A stretch of DNA of 64,000 nt from an uncultured Candidatus Entotheonella sp. (GCA_965215335.1 CBDCDA010000001.1:256001-320000); one strand, 5' to 3'. Counted from the first letter of the stretch, positions 21,114 through 31,202 are shown. Numbers and translations: made by a program. The notes: a model not told the origin generated them from the letters alone.

Positions 21114-22793
21114 ATGGCTGAATACGATGTGGTTATTCGTGGCGGCACCATCGTGGATGGAACGGGGATTCCACCGTTTCGAGCCGACCTGGCCATCAAG
21201 GACGGTCGGGTGGCGATGACAAGCGGTCGTATCAAAGCCGGTGGCGCCCGGGAGGTCGATGCCAAGGGGTGCAATGTGGCGCCCGGCGCGATTGACCTGC
21301 ATACGCATTATGACGCCCAGTTGAACTGGGATCCTTATGCCTCGCTGTCCGGCTGGTTTGGTGTTACCTCCGTCAGTATTGGTCAGTGCGGTTTTGGCTT
21401 TGCGCCGACGCGGCCGGAGGACCGCGATCTCAACATGCGCATGATGAACCGCATCGAGGCCATCCCCCTGAAGTCGATGGAACTTGGCATGCGATGGGAC
21501 TGGGAGACTTTCCCGGAGTATCTCGACAGCCTGCACCGCCAGGGCCTGGGGGTCAACGTCGGCGCCCTGGTGCCTTTCTCGCCGCTGCGCGGCTACGTGC
21601 TGGGGATGCGAGAAGCACGCGAGCGCACCTCGGTGACCGAGTCCGAACTGAGCCAGATGAAACGGCTTCTGCACGAAGCCATGCAAGCCGGCGCCTTCGG
21701 TTTCTCCGCCGACCAGAACCTCGAGGATCGCACGGAAGACGGCAGCGCCCTGCCGAGTCACGTGGCGTCGCCGGAGGAGTTCCTCGGCCTCGCCGAGGTG
21801 ATGTCCGACTTTGGCGTCGGCCACCTGGGATGGACCATCGGCATCTCCAACACGGCCCGCGAACAGCATCTGCTGCTTCTGGACATGATGCAGCGCAGCG
21901 GCCGGCCGTTGCACGTGGCGGTTGGGGATGATGAGGAAGGCTACACGTGGGCCAGCGAAGCGCGCGCCGAGGGTCTGCCGGTCGTGGTGCAGCAGAATTC
22001 CATGGATCCCGTGTCGGAGTTTACCCTGGCTGAATACAACATGTTCGATTACATGCCCAACTGGATCCAGCCGCTGGTGGGGACGGCTGCCGAGCGCGGC
22101 CTGAAGCTGCGCAACCCGGAAACACGCGCTGCCATGAAACGCGACGTGGCCGACCGGCCGCATGCCAGAACCGATTGGCGCCACATGACCGTGGTCGAGG
22201 TGATCCACGAGCACAATCGGCAGTACGAGGGCCTGAGCATCGAAGACCTCGCCGCCAGGCAGCAGAAGGATCCGCTGGATGCCCTTTTCGACCTGGCGCT
22301 GGATGAAGGGCTGCAGACGACGTTCAGCCACCTGATGTCGAACCGGGGGGACGAGGCGCTGGCCCGCCGTATTTCCAGCCCTTACTCCCACATCTCCCTG
22401 TCGGACGGTGGCGCCCACACCCGCTATCTCACCATCAGCACCTGGCCGGTGCATTTCCTGGGCTACTGGGTGCGCGACCGGCGGTTGGTCAGCATCGAGC
22501 AGGCGCATTACAAGATGAGCGCCTACCCGGCCTGGGTCGCCGATTTCAAAGGGCGCGGCACGCTGCGCGTGGGCGACTGGGCCGACATCATGATCTATGA
22601 TCTCGAACAGCTCGGCTACGTCTACGACAAGCCGACTTATGCGAGCGATTTTCCCGGCGGCGAATGGCGCCGGGTGCAGAAACCCACCGGCATCCGCCAC
22701 ATTCTGGTGAACGGCGCCGTCACGTTCGAGGAGAATGAGTGCACCAGCGCCTTGCCAGGCAAGTTGTTGCGCAGCTACGACATGGTGGGCTGA
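21114..22793 (+). CDS. Amidohydrolase, N-acyl-D-amino-acid deacylase-like
   Basis: DVVIRGGTIVDGTG, PGAIDLHTHYD, GQCGFG, SDGGAH, RGTLRVGDWAD, PGKLLR. Confidence 0.9.
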   Translation: MAEYDVVIRGGTIVDGTGIPPFRADLAIKDGRVAMTSGRIKAGGAREVDAKGCNVAPGAIDLHTHYDAQLNWDPYASLSGWFGVTSVSIGQCGFGFAPTRPEDRDLNMRMMNRIEAIPLKSMELGMRWDWETFPEYLDSLHRQGLGVNVGALVPFSPLRGYVLGMREARERTSVTESELSQMKRLLHEAMQAGAFGFSADQNLEDRTEDGSALPSHVASPEEFLGLAEVMSDFGVGHLGWTIGISNTAREQHLLLLDMMQRSGRPLHVAVGDDEEGYTWASEARAEGLPVVVQQNSMDPVSEFTLAEYNMFDYMPNWIQPLVGTAAERGLKLRNPETRAAMKRDVADRPHARTDWRHMTVVEVIHEHNRQYEGLSIEDLAARQQKDPLDALFDLALDEGLQTTFSHLMSNRGDEALARRISSPYSHISLSDGGAHTRYLTISTWPVHFLGYWVRDRRLVSIEQAHYKMSAYPAWVADFKGRGTLRVGDWADIMIYDLEQLGYVYDKPTYASDFPGGEWRRVQKPTGIRHILVNGAVTFEENECTSALPGKLLRSYDMVG

Positions 22794-23016
22794 TGGCGCA
22801 GTCCGAACCCGTAGCTTTCCACAGCATCCGGGTTCGTCGGGGTTGGCGGGCTGTCTGTTGCCCATCAGCCCTGCGCGTCTCTGCATCGCCCGCGGCCAAG
22901 GCGTCCACGTGGGCGGGGAGACAACGGTGGCCATGCTACGGGGGTAAGCAGTCTGCCTGTGGTGCGTGGTCCCGGTCGGCGTGTTCCGGCGGGGAAGGCA
23001 GGTTTCCTTTGGGCCG

Positions 23017-23376
23017 TCATTCGGCAGGGCTTGCTTGCCCTTCCAGCCGGGAGATTCTTCCTTCGAAGATGCGGAGGACTTCGAACAATTCATCGAATCG
23101 GCGGTTGAGATCGTCGAACTGGCGGTTATTTTCCGCCTGCATGGCATCGAATCGATCATTGGTTTCTGCCTGCATGACATCGAACCGGCGATTGGTTTCC
23201 ACCTGCATGGCATCGAACCGGCGATTGGTTTCTGCCTGCATGGCGTCGAGTCGGTTCCCGATGTTGATCTGGGACATCACGCTGAGTGTGATGGTCAGAA
23301 CGACTAGAGTAAACAGGCTTACGGTGGGAGCGAGTTCCTTTATCTTGTCTATAGTGGTTTGTGTCTGCTCGGCCAT
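23017..23376 (-). CDS. Small protein with N-terminal membrane anchor and 11-aa repeat coiled coil
   Basis: Hydrophobic helix, then RLDAMQAETNR/RFDAMQVETNR/RFDVMQAETND repeats; ends FEGRISRLE; RBS aaggag; paralog at 24236. Confidence 0.75.
   Translation of the reverse strand: MAEQTQTTIDKIKELAPTVSLFTLVVLTITLSVMSQINIGNRLDAMQAETNRRFDAMQVETNRRFDVMQAETNDRFDAMQAENNRQFDDLNRRFDELFEVLRIFEGRISRLEGQASPAE
23136..23250. repeat. 33-bp coding tandem repeat (about 3.5 copies)
   Basis: cctgcatg(g/a)catcgaa(c/t)cg..attggtttc units repeated in tandem without spacers. Confidence 0.85.
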
Positions 23377-23783
23377 TGACTGGCTCCTTTCTCTGCTACG
23401 TAGGGGCTTTGCAACAAGCCTTCATCCTATCATACGCAAGCCGATACAGACGGCTGTCCTGTTACCATTGCCCGCTTCGTCTTGGGCGCGGTGACAACGC
23501 CTGCGATCTCATCGCGCCAGTTCATGCTTACAGGGGCGACAGGCAACGCACGGACAATTTCTCGCAATGCCTCAAGAGGTGTCTTGGATTTCTTCCAGAC
23601 ACAGGGCTTGAACAACTCTGGGATTTCGCCCATGTTGCCGTCAAACCTTCTTTGCCTCACCGATTGTCATGTCAATCTCCGTACCGCAGATCATGCAGAA
23701 GCGTCGCTCGTGACGTGTCACCCTGACCGTTTCATTGCAGCATGAAAGGTGCAGGATGTCGAGCAGACCGTCGGTTTCCGTAG

Positions 23784-24010
23784 GTGTATGGTCCCGGGAT
23801 TAGATGGTTTGGCTCGACTCTAAATCTCTGCGGCTCCGATGTCCAGACCTTGCAGATGTATTCGTAGGGTGTAAGGCCCCGGAGGGTCTTGAGACGGCGC
23901 GCGAAGTTGTAGGCCGACAGAAAATCATCCAGGTGGCTGCGTAGTCGGGCATGACTCTCGTAATGGAAACGCTTGACGGTGGTCTCCTTGACCGTGCGGT
24001 TCATGCGCAT
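23784..24010 (-). mobile_element. IS481-family transposase C-terminal fragment with right end
   Basis: RMNRTVKETTVKRFHYESH...YNFARRLKTLRGLTPYEYICKVWTSEPQRF...PGPYT; closely similar to 49981-50200. Confidence 0.85.
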
Positions 24011-24235
24011 CGTACCATCAATCCATGGGACTGCACACCTAGACACTCGCCTTAACGTCTCCCGCACCAGGAAAACGCCCGCCCAAGCCGACAGGATTTC
24101 GGATATAATGCCTGCCACTCAAGGGTCGCGGTGCCCATTCAGTTGCAACCGAGGCCCCCCTTTTCGGGTGTTCCCCGGCTCTCTGACGTATCTTGGCGCC
24201 GGGAGGAATCTTGAGAGAGGAAAAGGAGGCTTTGG

Positions 24236-24640
24236 ATGAGTATTCAGTCCTTCACCAACACGGTGAAAGAATGGAGCCCCGTCCTGACACTACTCACCGT
24301 GGTTGCCACGGGCATTGCCATCATCGTGGGGGTCCAAGGCAACCTCGGCAACCGCCTTGATGCCATCGACGCACGTCTCGACAGCATCCAAGCGGAGAGC
24401 AATCGTCAGTTCAACGACCTGCTGACGGAGACGAACCGCCGGTTCGACGCCGCGCAGGCGGAAGAAAACCGGCGGTTTGAAGAACTCAACCGCCGGTTCG
24501 ACGCCGCGCAAGCCGAGAACAACCGCCGGTTCGACGCCGCGCAAGCAGCCGAAAGCCGCCGGCACGAAGAGTTGCTCAAGGCCCTCCAGGTCTTCGAAGG
24601 GAGAATATCCCGCATCGAAGCCCAGGCCGACAGCGAGTAG
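24236..24640 (+). CDS. Small membrane-anchored coiled-coil protein, paralog of 23017-23376
   Basis: TM helix, NLGNRLDA, NRRFDAAQAE repeats, FEGRISRIEAQA; RBS aaggagg. Confidence 0.8.
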   Translation: MSIQSFTNTVKEWSPVLTLLTVVATGIAIIVGVQGNLGNRLDAIDARLDSIQAESNRQFNDLLTETNRRFDAAQAEENRRFEELNRRFDAAQAENNRRFDAAQAAESRRHEELLKALQVFEGRISRIEAQADSE

Positions 24641-25317
24641 TCAGCCCCCTCCGGGTTGCCCCGTTTTGCCCTTTACAGGAGCAGACGGTCCACCCTCCTC
24701 ATCTCTGACAGCCATCCCAAACCCGGAACCGTAAACCTTGCCGCCAACCAACACGTCTACGACAGCCGACCAACCCCGTCCCGACAACCCCACCTGGCTT
24801 TCCCATCCTCAGGCCGGCATTCCACGTCTCGTGCTTTCCTGCAACTGCCACCCGCAAACCCCTTGCCACCCCGAATCCATCGTCGCCATAGTCCAGAGCA
24901 ACGCCGAAGCAGAAACCATCGACGCCGGCCGCAATACACCTTTCCCACACTCGAGCAAGCGACCACCTCTGGCGAGTTCCCTGGCTTGGGTGAAGCTGGC
25001 CGGCTGTCGGTTCAATGATGCGCAGAGTCGCTCGGCGCCAGAGACCGCGTTTTGCTTCGGAAACCCGCCGCCTGATGCCCTTATGGAACAGATTCTCAGG
25101 TTTACGATTTCCCGCTGTCTCGGACCGTTTTCAGGCACCTCCAAGTGCCAACTCCCGCGGCCTTGAGCCGCGCGTATGCCAGACCTTCCAACCCGCGTCT
25201 AGCGGCAACATTTGAAAAGTAAAGAACGGTCCTGAAGGACCGTAGGATGCCGAACTCCTGACCGTATTCGGCGGCAAAGGACTTTTCATGCCGCCGGAGA
25301 GGCGGTGAGGAGAGGAA

Positions 25318-25692
25318 ATGAACGCTCCCATGTTATTTGACCAGGTACAAAGAACGATTCAAAGCGGCGGAAGCGGAAATCCAACTCTTGACATTGTCAG
25401 TGTCGTTGTCGTCGCAGCGGTTGGCGCTGGCCAAATTTGGGCTATTTGGTTTGGTATTCGGCAGATGCAGAGAGCGTCTGCCGAGCGTGACAGGCAGTTG
25501 CGGAAAGATTCTGCTGAGCGTGATTGGCAGTTTCAGCAGCAAGCCGCTGAAAGCGAGCGACGGCATCAGGAAATGATGCAGTCTCTCGCTGCTGAGAGAG
25601 ACCAGAACCGCGAAGACCACCGTGCGGTGATGCGTGCTCTGGAAGCTCTCATCGAGCGCACTGCTCCGCCGCCTCGTGAAGCTGCTGGGTAA
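25318..25692 (+). CDS. Hypothetical TM + coiled-coil protein
   Basis: RBS gaggagagg; hydrophobic VVVVAAVGAGQIWAIWFGI, then charged helical region ending ALEALIERTAPP; terminator-like hairpin follows. Confidence 0.7.
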   Translation: MNAPMLFDQVQRTIQSGGSGNPTLDIVSVVVVAAVGAGQIWAIWFGIRQMQRASAERDRQLRKDSAERDWQFQQQAAESERRHQEMMQSLAAERDQNREDHRAVMRALEALIERTAPPPREAAG

Positions 25693-25702
25693 TCTCCTCA
25701 GA

Positions 25703-25741
25703 CAGGGAAGCGTTAGCTAGTTAGCTTCCCTGCCTGTCTTT
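25703..25741 (+). terminator. Putative intrinsic terminator
   Basis: Stem cagggaagc / gcttccctg, followed by a pyrimidine-rich tail. Confidence 0.45.
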
Positions 25742-26548
25742 CCCCTCATATCCCCACCAAAATCCTCGCCACGCCCACTGTCGCCTCAACTTCCCTCCTA
25801 CACGTCGAAATAAGGGCTACACCCTGCCTGATCAGAATAAAATCAGTGGCAGAACCCAACAAATAACAGCCTCTTCTCGACCTGCCACATCGGAGGCAAT
25901 CATGGCGCTTCGTTCCTGGCTTTGGTCGCTGATACGTCGTTTTCGACGCCGTCACTGCCGGCAAACAGCCCTTTCTTTCCCAGACAAAAACGGGCCCTGA
26001 CAGCCGTTTCCGCAACCGACAGTCCCGCTCGTCAACTTCAGTTCACGCGGCCGCCAAGCCCCACCTACTCAACCACCACTTTCCGTGCAGCCGTCAACAA
26101 CCGCACTCAGCCGTCTCTGCTGATAGCACCTGTTTCCAGAAAGCCCGTCCGACCCACCAAAAATACAAAACCAGGGCCACCCCGACTCCACCTACACCGA
26201 CCCACACGCCGACCATCGTAAAGCCCAGGGCAAGAGATCGGTCACCGTAGCAGGCTCCAGCGTGTGGTGCCTGAACGCGCCCCTTGAATCTGGCGCCTTT
26301 TGGTTGTCCGGTCAACGGGGTTGCAGGCAGCGAGAAACTTGCTTCCTCCCATGGATGACTCGCAGAGCAAGCCAAAATGACAACCCTGGCCCCCCACATC
26401 TGCGCCCCGTATCAAGGATGGTCTTGTGCTCAAGTGCACAGGGAACCCGTCAGAGAACAGGCCCGTTTACCATATCATCTATTCATCCTGACGCATCGGC
26501 CCGCCAAAGACGTTTTGTCCGAGAATACCCCATACCATCTGGAATTGG

Positions 26549-26758
26549 TTGAAAGACAACGGCACCGCACTCATCGCCCTCGCAGCCATCCTTACCGTTA
26601 TCCTCACGTCCAACAACGCCATCCATCACCTCCTGAACGATATCAGGACCGACATGAACCAACGCTTCGACGCCAAGGCCGGATCGAGATTATCCGGGAG
26701 CAGATCAGGACCGTGGACATCCCTTGACGCCAAACGATGCCTCAGAATCATGATCTGA
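26549..26758 (+). pseudogene. Decayed member of the TM + coiled-coil family
   Basis: ALIALAAILTVILTSNNAIHHLLNDIRTDMNQRFDA resembles the 23017/24236 proteins, then diverges. Confidence 0.45.
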
Positions 26759-26886
26759 CGCCTGGCATGAAAGGGCCTGGTTGGACACATGCACCTTGAC
26801 TCGGCAAGGTCCTTCTCTACACTGCCACCCCTTCTTTCCACAGGCGGAAAGGACACGTCATCAACTTCAGGTGAAGGAGAAAGACT

Positions 26887-28083
26887 ATGACACGACTCGT
26901 GAAGGGTCTCTTGCTGGCAGGATTGGGGTGTGCGGTGATACTGAGTTCCTCTTTCCGCCCTCCCGTACAGGCTCAGACCGACTCTTTGACGTCGGCAGAG
27001 ATCTCGGACCTCAGAAAACTGCTGTCCTGCATCAAGGCCATATCCGTTACGGGACGAGCGGACTCGTTGCCGGCCTACGACATCGTCTTCGAGGGCTGCA
27101 ACGTGCACATCCAGAACGGGCACGCCAACGCCCGCACCACGACCACCAACGGCGCCGGCAATCTCATCATTGGCTACAATGAGGCGCCGGGTAGCCCGTC
27201 CACGGATTATCGCGCCGGGTCGCATAATCTGGTCATCGGCCCGCAGCATACCTATTCGAGTTACGGGGGGTTGGTGGCGGGGGTTCGTAACACCATCAGC
27301 GGGCAGTATGCCAGCGTCAGCGGCGGTGGCGACAACGAGGCCAGTGGCAGTGCGGCAGCGGTCAGCGGTGGTCAGAGCAACGTGGCCAGCGGCGATGGCA
27401 GCAGCATCAGCGGTGGCTACGACAACGAAGCCAGCGGGCAGTATGCCAGCGTCAGCGGCGGCAGCGAGAACGACGCCACCGGCTGGCAAGCCGGTGTCAG
27501 CGGTGGGACGCTGAATGAGGCCAGAGGGCGTTGGGCCAGTGTCAGCGGCGGTCAGGGTAACATGGCCGGGGACCCCGACAGAATCGGCGGCTCATCTGAT
27601 ACCTTCCGTACCGAAGGAAGTGCCGCCAGTGTCAGTGGCGGCAGGCACAACACGGCCAGTGGTGCCGAATCCAGCGTCTCCGGCGGTACTGGTAACACGG
27701 CCAGTGGCGTGCGCTCCAGCGTCAGCGGCGGCAGCGGCAACACAGCCAGCGGCCCGGGCAGCAGCGTCAGCGGCGGCGCCGGCAGCGAGGCCAGCGGCAT
27801 CTATTCCAGTGTCAGCGGCGGCCGCGACAACGAAGCCAGCGGTTTTGTTTCCAGCGTCAGCGGCGGCCGCGACAATAGGGCTGGCTCTGAGGAACCAGAT
27901 AACGCATGGGGAACACCTGCCAGCAGCTCTTATACCAGCGTCAGCGGTGGCGAGAACAACACGGCCAGCGACTGGGCCAGCAGCGTCAGCGGCGGCCACG
28001 GTACGGCTGCCGGTACGAGGGAATGGAGAGCCGGCAGTCTATGCCAGCTGTCCGGGGTCGAGTGTCCGTCCGAAGACGAGTGA
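26887..28083 (+). CDS. Secreted Gly/Ser-rich protein with 15-aa SVSGGxxNxA repeats (beta-roll/adhesin-like)
   Basis: RBS aaggag; signal peptide ending VQA; GNLIIGYNE...GSHNLVIG; 14 repeat units. Confidence 0.85.
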   Translation: MTRLVKGLLLAGLGCAVILSSSFRPPVQAQTDSLTSAEISDLRKLLSCIKAISVTGRADSLPAYDIVFEGCNVHIQNGHANARTTTTNGAGNLIIGYNEAPGSPSTDYRAGSHNLVIGPQHTYSSYGGLVAGVRNTISGQYASVSGGGDNEASGSAAAVSGGQSNVASGDGSSISGGYDNEASGQYASVSGGSENDATGWQAGVSGGTLNEARGRWASVSGGQGNMAGDPDRIGGSSDTFRTEGSAASVSGGRHNTASGAESSVSGGTGNTASGVRSSVSGGSGNTASGPGSSVSGGAGSEASGIYSSVSGGRDNEASGFVSSVSGGRDNRAGSEEPDNAWGTPASSSYTSVSGGENNTASDWASSVSGGHGTAAGTREWRAGSLCQLSGVECPSEDE

Positions 28084-28552
28084 TGTGGGGCAGGGCGGAC
28101 CTCGGCGTCCATGAGGCCGCCCGCGAACGGAACCAGCCGGCAAGTTGGCTGGTTCCCTCTCGTTCAGGGAGCAGCATTGCGAGTGATGTTGATCCGAGCC
28201 AAGTCAGGGCGGGCCGCCGCCACACCCGGCCCCGGGAACACCTGGATATGGTGCTGAGCGCTTGATGACGTCCTGGCAGCAAACTCCTCATAGCTTCTGC
28301 AATATCGGCAGGTGCGCTCTCATGTCTCTTCTCGTTGTTCATAACGTTTCCTTTCTTCGCGCCAGTACCCGGCGCCAAAAATACGAATCCGGCCTTCTCG
28401 ATACGCGAAACGGACTGTCAACACCCGGCCCTCGACTTTGCCGAAACAAAAATGTCGCGTTTCTTGTGGGGTGCCATGCCTGTGGTCGAGAGCGATAAGG
28501 CGCGGATTATTTCGAGTGGAGGCGCATCCTCAGAGGACGCGGCAACCCCGGC

Positions 28553-29248
28553 TCAGAACGCCAGGTAGCGCTTGAGGTCCGCGTCCGACATGTCGTCGAG
28601 CCTGCCTTCCAGGACGATGCTGCCCTGTTCCATGACGAAGACGTGGTCGGCGAGGCGGCTGGCGAACTCGACGTATTGTTCGACGAGCAGAATGGCCATG
28701 TTGCCGGCTGCTTTCAGGCGCTGGATGATGGCTTCGATCTCCAGGATGATGGAGGGCTGGATGCCCTCGGTGGGCTCGTCGAGGAGAAGGAGTCGGGGAC
28801 GGGTAACGAGGGCGCGGGCGATGGCCAGTTGCTGTTGCTGGCCGCCGCTGAGGTAGCCGCCCTTGCGGTGCAGCATGGTTTGCAGGACGGGAAAGAGCTC
28901 GAAAATGTCGTCCAGGATGGTGGTGGCGGGCCTGCTTTGAGCAACGAGGCCGATACGGAGATTTTCCAGGACGGTCATGTCGGGGAAGATTTCGCGGCCC
29001 TGCGGCACGTAGCCGATGCCCTGCCGGGCGCGGCGGTCGGACGACAGACTGCCGAGCGGCTTGTCCTGGAACGTGATGGCGCCGGAGCGGGGCTTCAGAA
29101 GGCCCATGACACTCTTCAGCAACGTGGTCTTGCCGACGCCGTTGCGTCCCATGAGGCAGACGACCTGGCCGGCCGGAACGTGCAGGTCGACGTCCCAGAG
29201 CACCTGGCTTTCGCCGTAACTCACACACAGGCGGTGGATGGCAAGCAT
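28553..29248 (-). CDS. urtE: Urea ABC transporter ATPase
   Basis: GRNGVGKT, VPQGREIF, LSGGQQQQLAIARAL, DEPTEGIQPSI. Confidence 0.93.
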   Translation of the reverse strand: MLAIHRLCVSYGESQVLWDVDLHVPAGQVVCLMGRNGVGKTTLLKSVMGLLKPRSGAITFQDKPLGSLSSDRRARQGIGYVPQGREIFPDMTVLENLRIGLVAQSRPATTILDDIFELFPVLQTMLHRKGGYLSGGQQQQLAIARALVTRPRLLLLDEPTEGIQPSIILEIEAIIQRLKAAGNMAILLVEQYVEFASRLADHVFVMEQGSIVLEGRLDDMSDADLKRYLAF

Positions 29249-29254
29249 CGCCGG

Positions 29255-30007
29255 CTAACCCCTTCCCAGATAGACTTCGACCACTCGGGGGTCGCGTTGC
29301 ACGTGCGCCACCGAGCCCTCGCAGAGAATCCGGCCTTCGTGCAGAACCGTTACCCGGTGGGCCGTCTGGCGCACGAACTCCATGTCGTGTTCAACCACCA
29401 GCACGGCATGGTCCCTGGCCAGGTCCTGCAAAATCTCCCCGGTCTTCTCGCGTTCCTCCCGGGTCATGCCGGCGACCGGCTCGTCCAGAAGAAACAGGGC
29501 CGGCTCCTGCACCATGACCATGCCGATCTCCAGCCACTGCATCTCGCCGTGCGACAGTGCTCCCGCTTGGTTTTGGGCTTTCCGTTCCAGCCCCAGGGTC
29601 TGCAAGGTCGAATAGATTTTGTCCACATGGCCGCGGCCCAGGACGCCGAACAGGGTTGCCATCACGTCGCGGCGGTAGCGCAGGGCAAGGGTCAGGTTGT
29701 CGATGAGCGTGAGGTTCCTGAAAACGGTGGGGGTCTGGAACTTGCGCCCGATGCCCAGCATGGCGATCTCGTGTTCCTCGAACTCGCCAAGGTTGGTGCG
29801 CTGGCCGAAGATGACGCGCCCGGTGTCCGGTCTGGCTCTGCCGCAGATGACGTCGAGCAAGGTCGTCTTGCCGGCCCCGTTGGGACCGATCAAGGCACGC
29901 AACTCGCCGTGGTCGACGTAAAAATCGACTTCTTTCAGCGCCTGGAAGCCATCGAACGTGACGGTGATGTCCTCAATGTACATGATGGTGCCGCGTTGTT
30001 GTTCCAC
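29255..30007 (-). CDS. urtD: Urea ABC transporter ATPase
   Basis: GPNGAGKT, GRKFQTP, LSHGEMQWLEIGM, VVEVYLG. Confidence 0.93.
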   Translation of the reverse strand: MEQQRGTIMYIEDITVTFDGFQALKEVDFYVDHGELRALIGPNGAGKTTLLDVICGRARPDTGRVIFGQRTNLGEFEEHEIAMLGIGRKFQTPTVFRNLTLIDNLTLALRYRRDVMATLFGVLGRGHVDKIYSTLQTLGLERKAQNQAGALSHGEMQWLEIGMVMVQEPALFLLDEPVAGMTREEREKTGEILQDLARDHAVLVVEHDMEFVRQTAHRVTVLHEGRILCEGSVAHVQRDPRVVEVYLGRG

Positions 30008-30020
30008 GTGTCGCTCCCTG

Positions 30021-31184
30021 TCAGTCGTCGGACCGGCTCACGGTTGACGCCGGCTGCTCGCTGCGGCGGGGCGCCGGTTCCGGACGACGGGCCGGAGCGC
30101 CGGCGAAGCGGGCGCGCAGCCGCCGCAGGCCCCGGCGGCATTGGTTCGGAATGCCGACGATACCATCGGGAAAGAACAGGACGACGGCCACGAACAGGCC
30201 ACCCAGGATCACCGGCCACCATTCCGGGAAGCGCGCCGTCAGGACGCTGCGCGCCGCGTTGATGCCCACCGCGCCGATGATCGCGCCGATGAGGCTGTTG
30301 CGCCCGCCGGTGGCGACCCAGACGACGATTTCCAGCGACGGCAAAACACCGATCTGGCTGGGCGTGATGATGCCGACCTGCGGCACGTACAGAGCGCCCG
30401 CCAGGCCGCCCAAGGCCGCCGCCACGGCGAAAATGAAGATCTTGTACGAAGCGACCGGATAGCCCAGAAAGCGCAGGCGCTGCTCCTGGTCGCGCACCGC
30501 GGTCAGCACCAGCCCCATCTTCGAGCCCACCAGGCAGCGGCAGATGAAGAAGCTGACGACCAGCAGCAGCGCGGTGCACACGTACAGGCCGCGTTGCGTT
30601 CCGGGCGCGCTCAGCGGGTAGCCCAGCAGGGTTTTGAAATCCGTGAGGCCGTTGGTGCCGCCGAGGTTGAGCTCGTTACGGTTGAACATCAGCCAGGCGG
30701 CGAAGGCCATGGCCTGGGTCAGGATGGCAAAGTAGGTGCCGCCGACGCGTCGCCGGAACGTCAGAAAGCCGATCACGACGGCCACGACGACCGGCACCAG
30801 CAGGGCTGCGAGCAGGGCGAAGGGCAGGGAGTGGAAGGGTTTCCAGTACAACGGCAGCTGGGTCACTTGGTTCCACACCATGAAGTCGGGAATCGCTTCG
30901 CCATAGACGCCTTTGCCGCTCGATTCGAGCATCAGGTACATGCCGAAGGCGTAGGCGCCGATGCCGAAGAAGATGGCCTGCCCCAGGCTCAGGATGCCGG
31001 AGAAGCCCCAGATGAGGGCCATGCCCATGGCCAGGACGGCCAGCGACAGGTACTTGCCGAACAGGTTGAGGTAGTAGTCGGAGACGTACCCGGCGGCGTT
31101 CAGCAGCGGCAAGCCGAGCACCAGAATGACCGCCAGCAGGGCGCCCGGCAGCAGCGCTTCCTTCCAAGCCGAGGTGGGTTTCAT
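30021..31184 (-). CDS. urtC: Urea ABC transporter permease
   Basis: GILSLGQ, PDFMVW, GGTNGLTDF, ALYVPQVGII. Confidence 0.93.
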   Translation of the reverse strand: MKPTSAWKEALLPGALLAVILVLGLPLLNAAGYVSDYYLNLFGKYLSLAVLAMGMALIWGFSGILSLGQAIFFGIGAYAFGMYLMLESSGKGVYGEAIPDFMVWNQVTQLPLYWKPFHSLPFALLAALLVPVVVAVVIGFLTFRRRVGGTYFAILTQAMAFAAWLMFNRNELNLGGTNGLTDFKTLLGYPLSAPGTQRGLYVCTALLLVVSFFICRCLVGSKMGLVLTAVRDQEQRLRFLGYPVASYKIFIFAVAAALGGLAGALYVPQVGIITPSQIGVLPSLEIVVWVATGGRNSLIGAIIGAVGINAARSVLTARFPEWWPVILGGLFVAVVLFFPDGIVGIPNQCRRGLRRLRARFAGAPARRPEPAPRRSEQPASTVSRSDD

Positions 31185-31202
31185 GGTCGCGGTTGACCTT
31201 CC

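Noticed and set aside
23430..23660. 76-aa ORF between the coiled-coil paralog and the IS481 fragment
   Set aside because: No recognisable motif or clear RBS; probably relic DNA
23136..24560. 33-bp repeats as a CRISPR array or a DGR template/variable pair
   Set aside because: The repeats are contiguous, in frame and lack unique spacers; no cas or reverse transcriptase gene is in the window
27986..28378. 130-aa minus-strand ORF downstream of urtE
   Set aside because: It overlaps the end of the repeat-protein gene and has no recognisable family signal; may be a decayed gene
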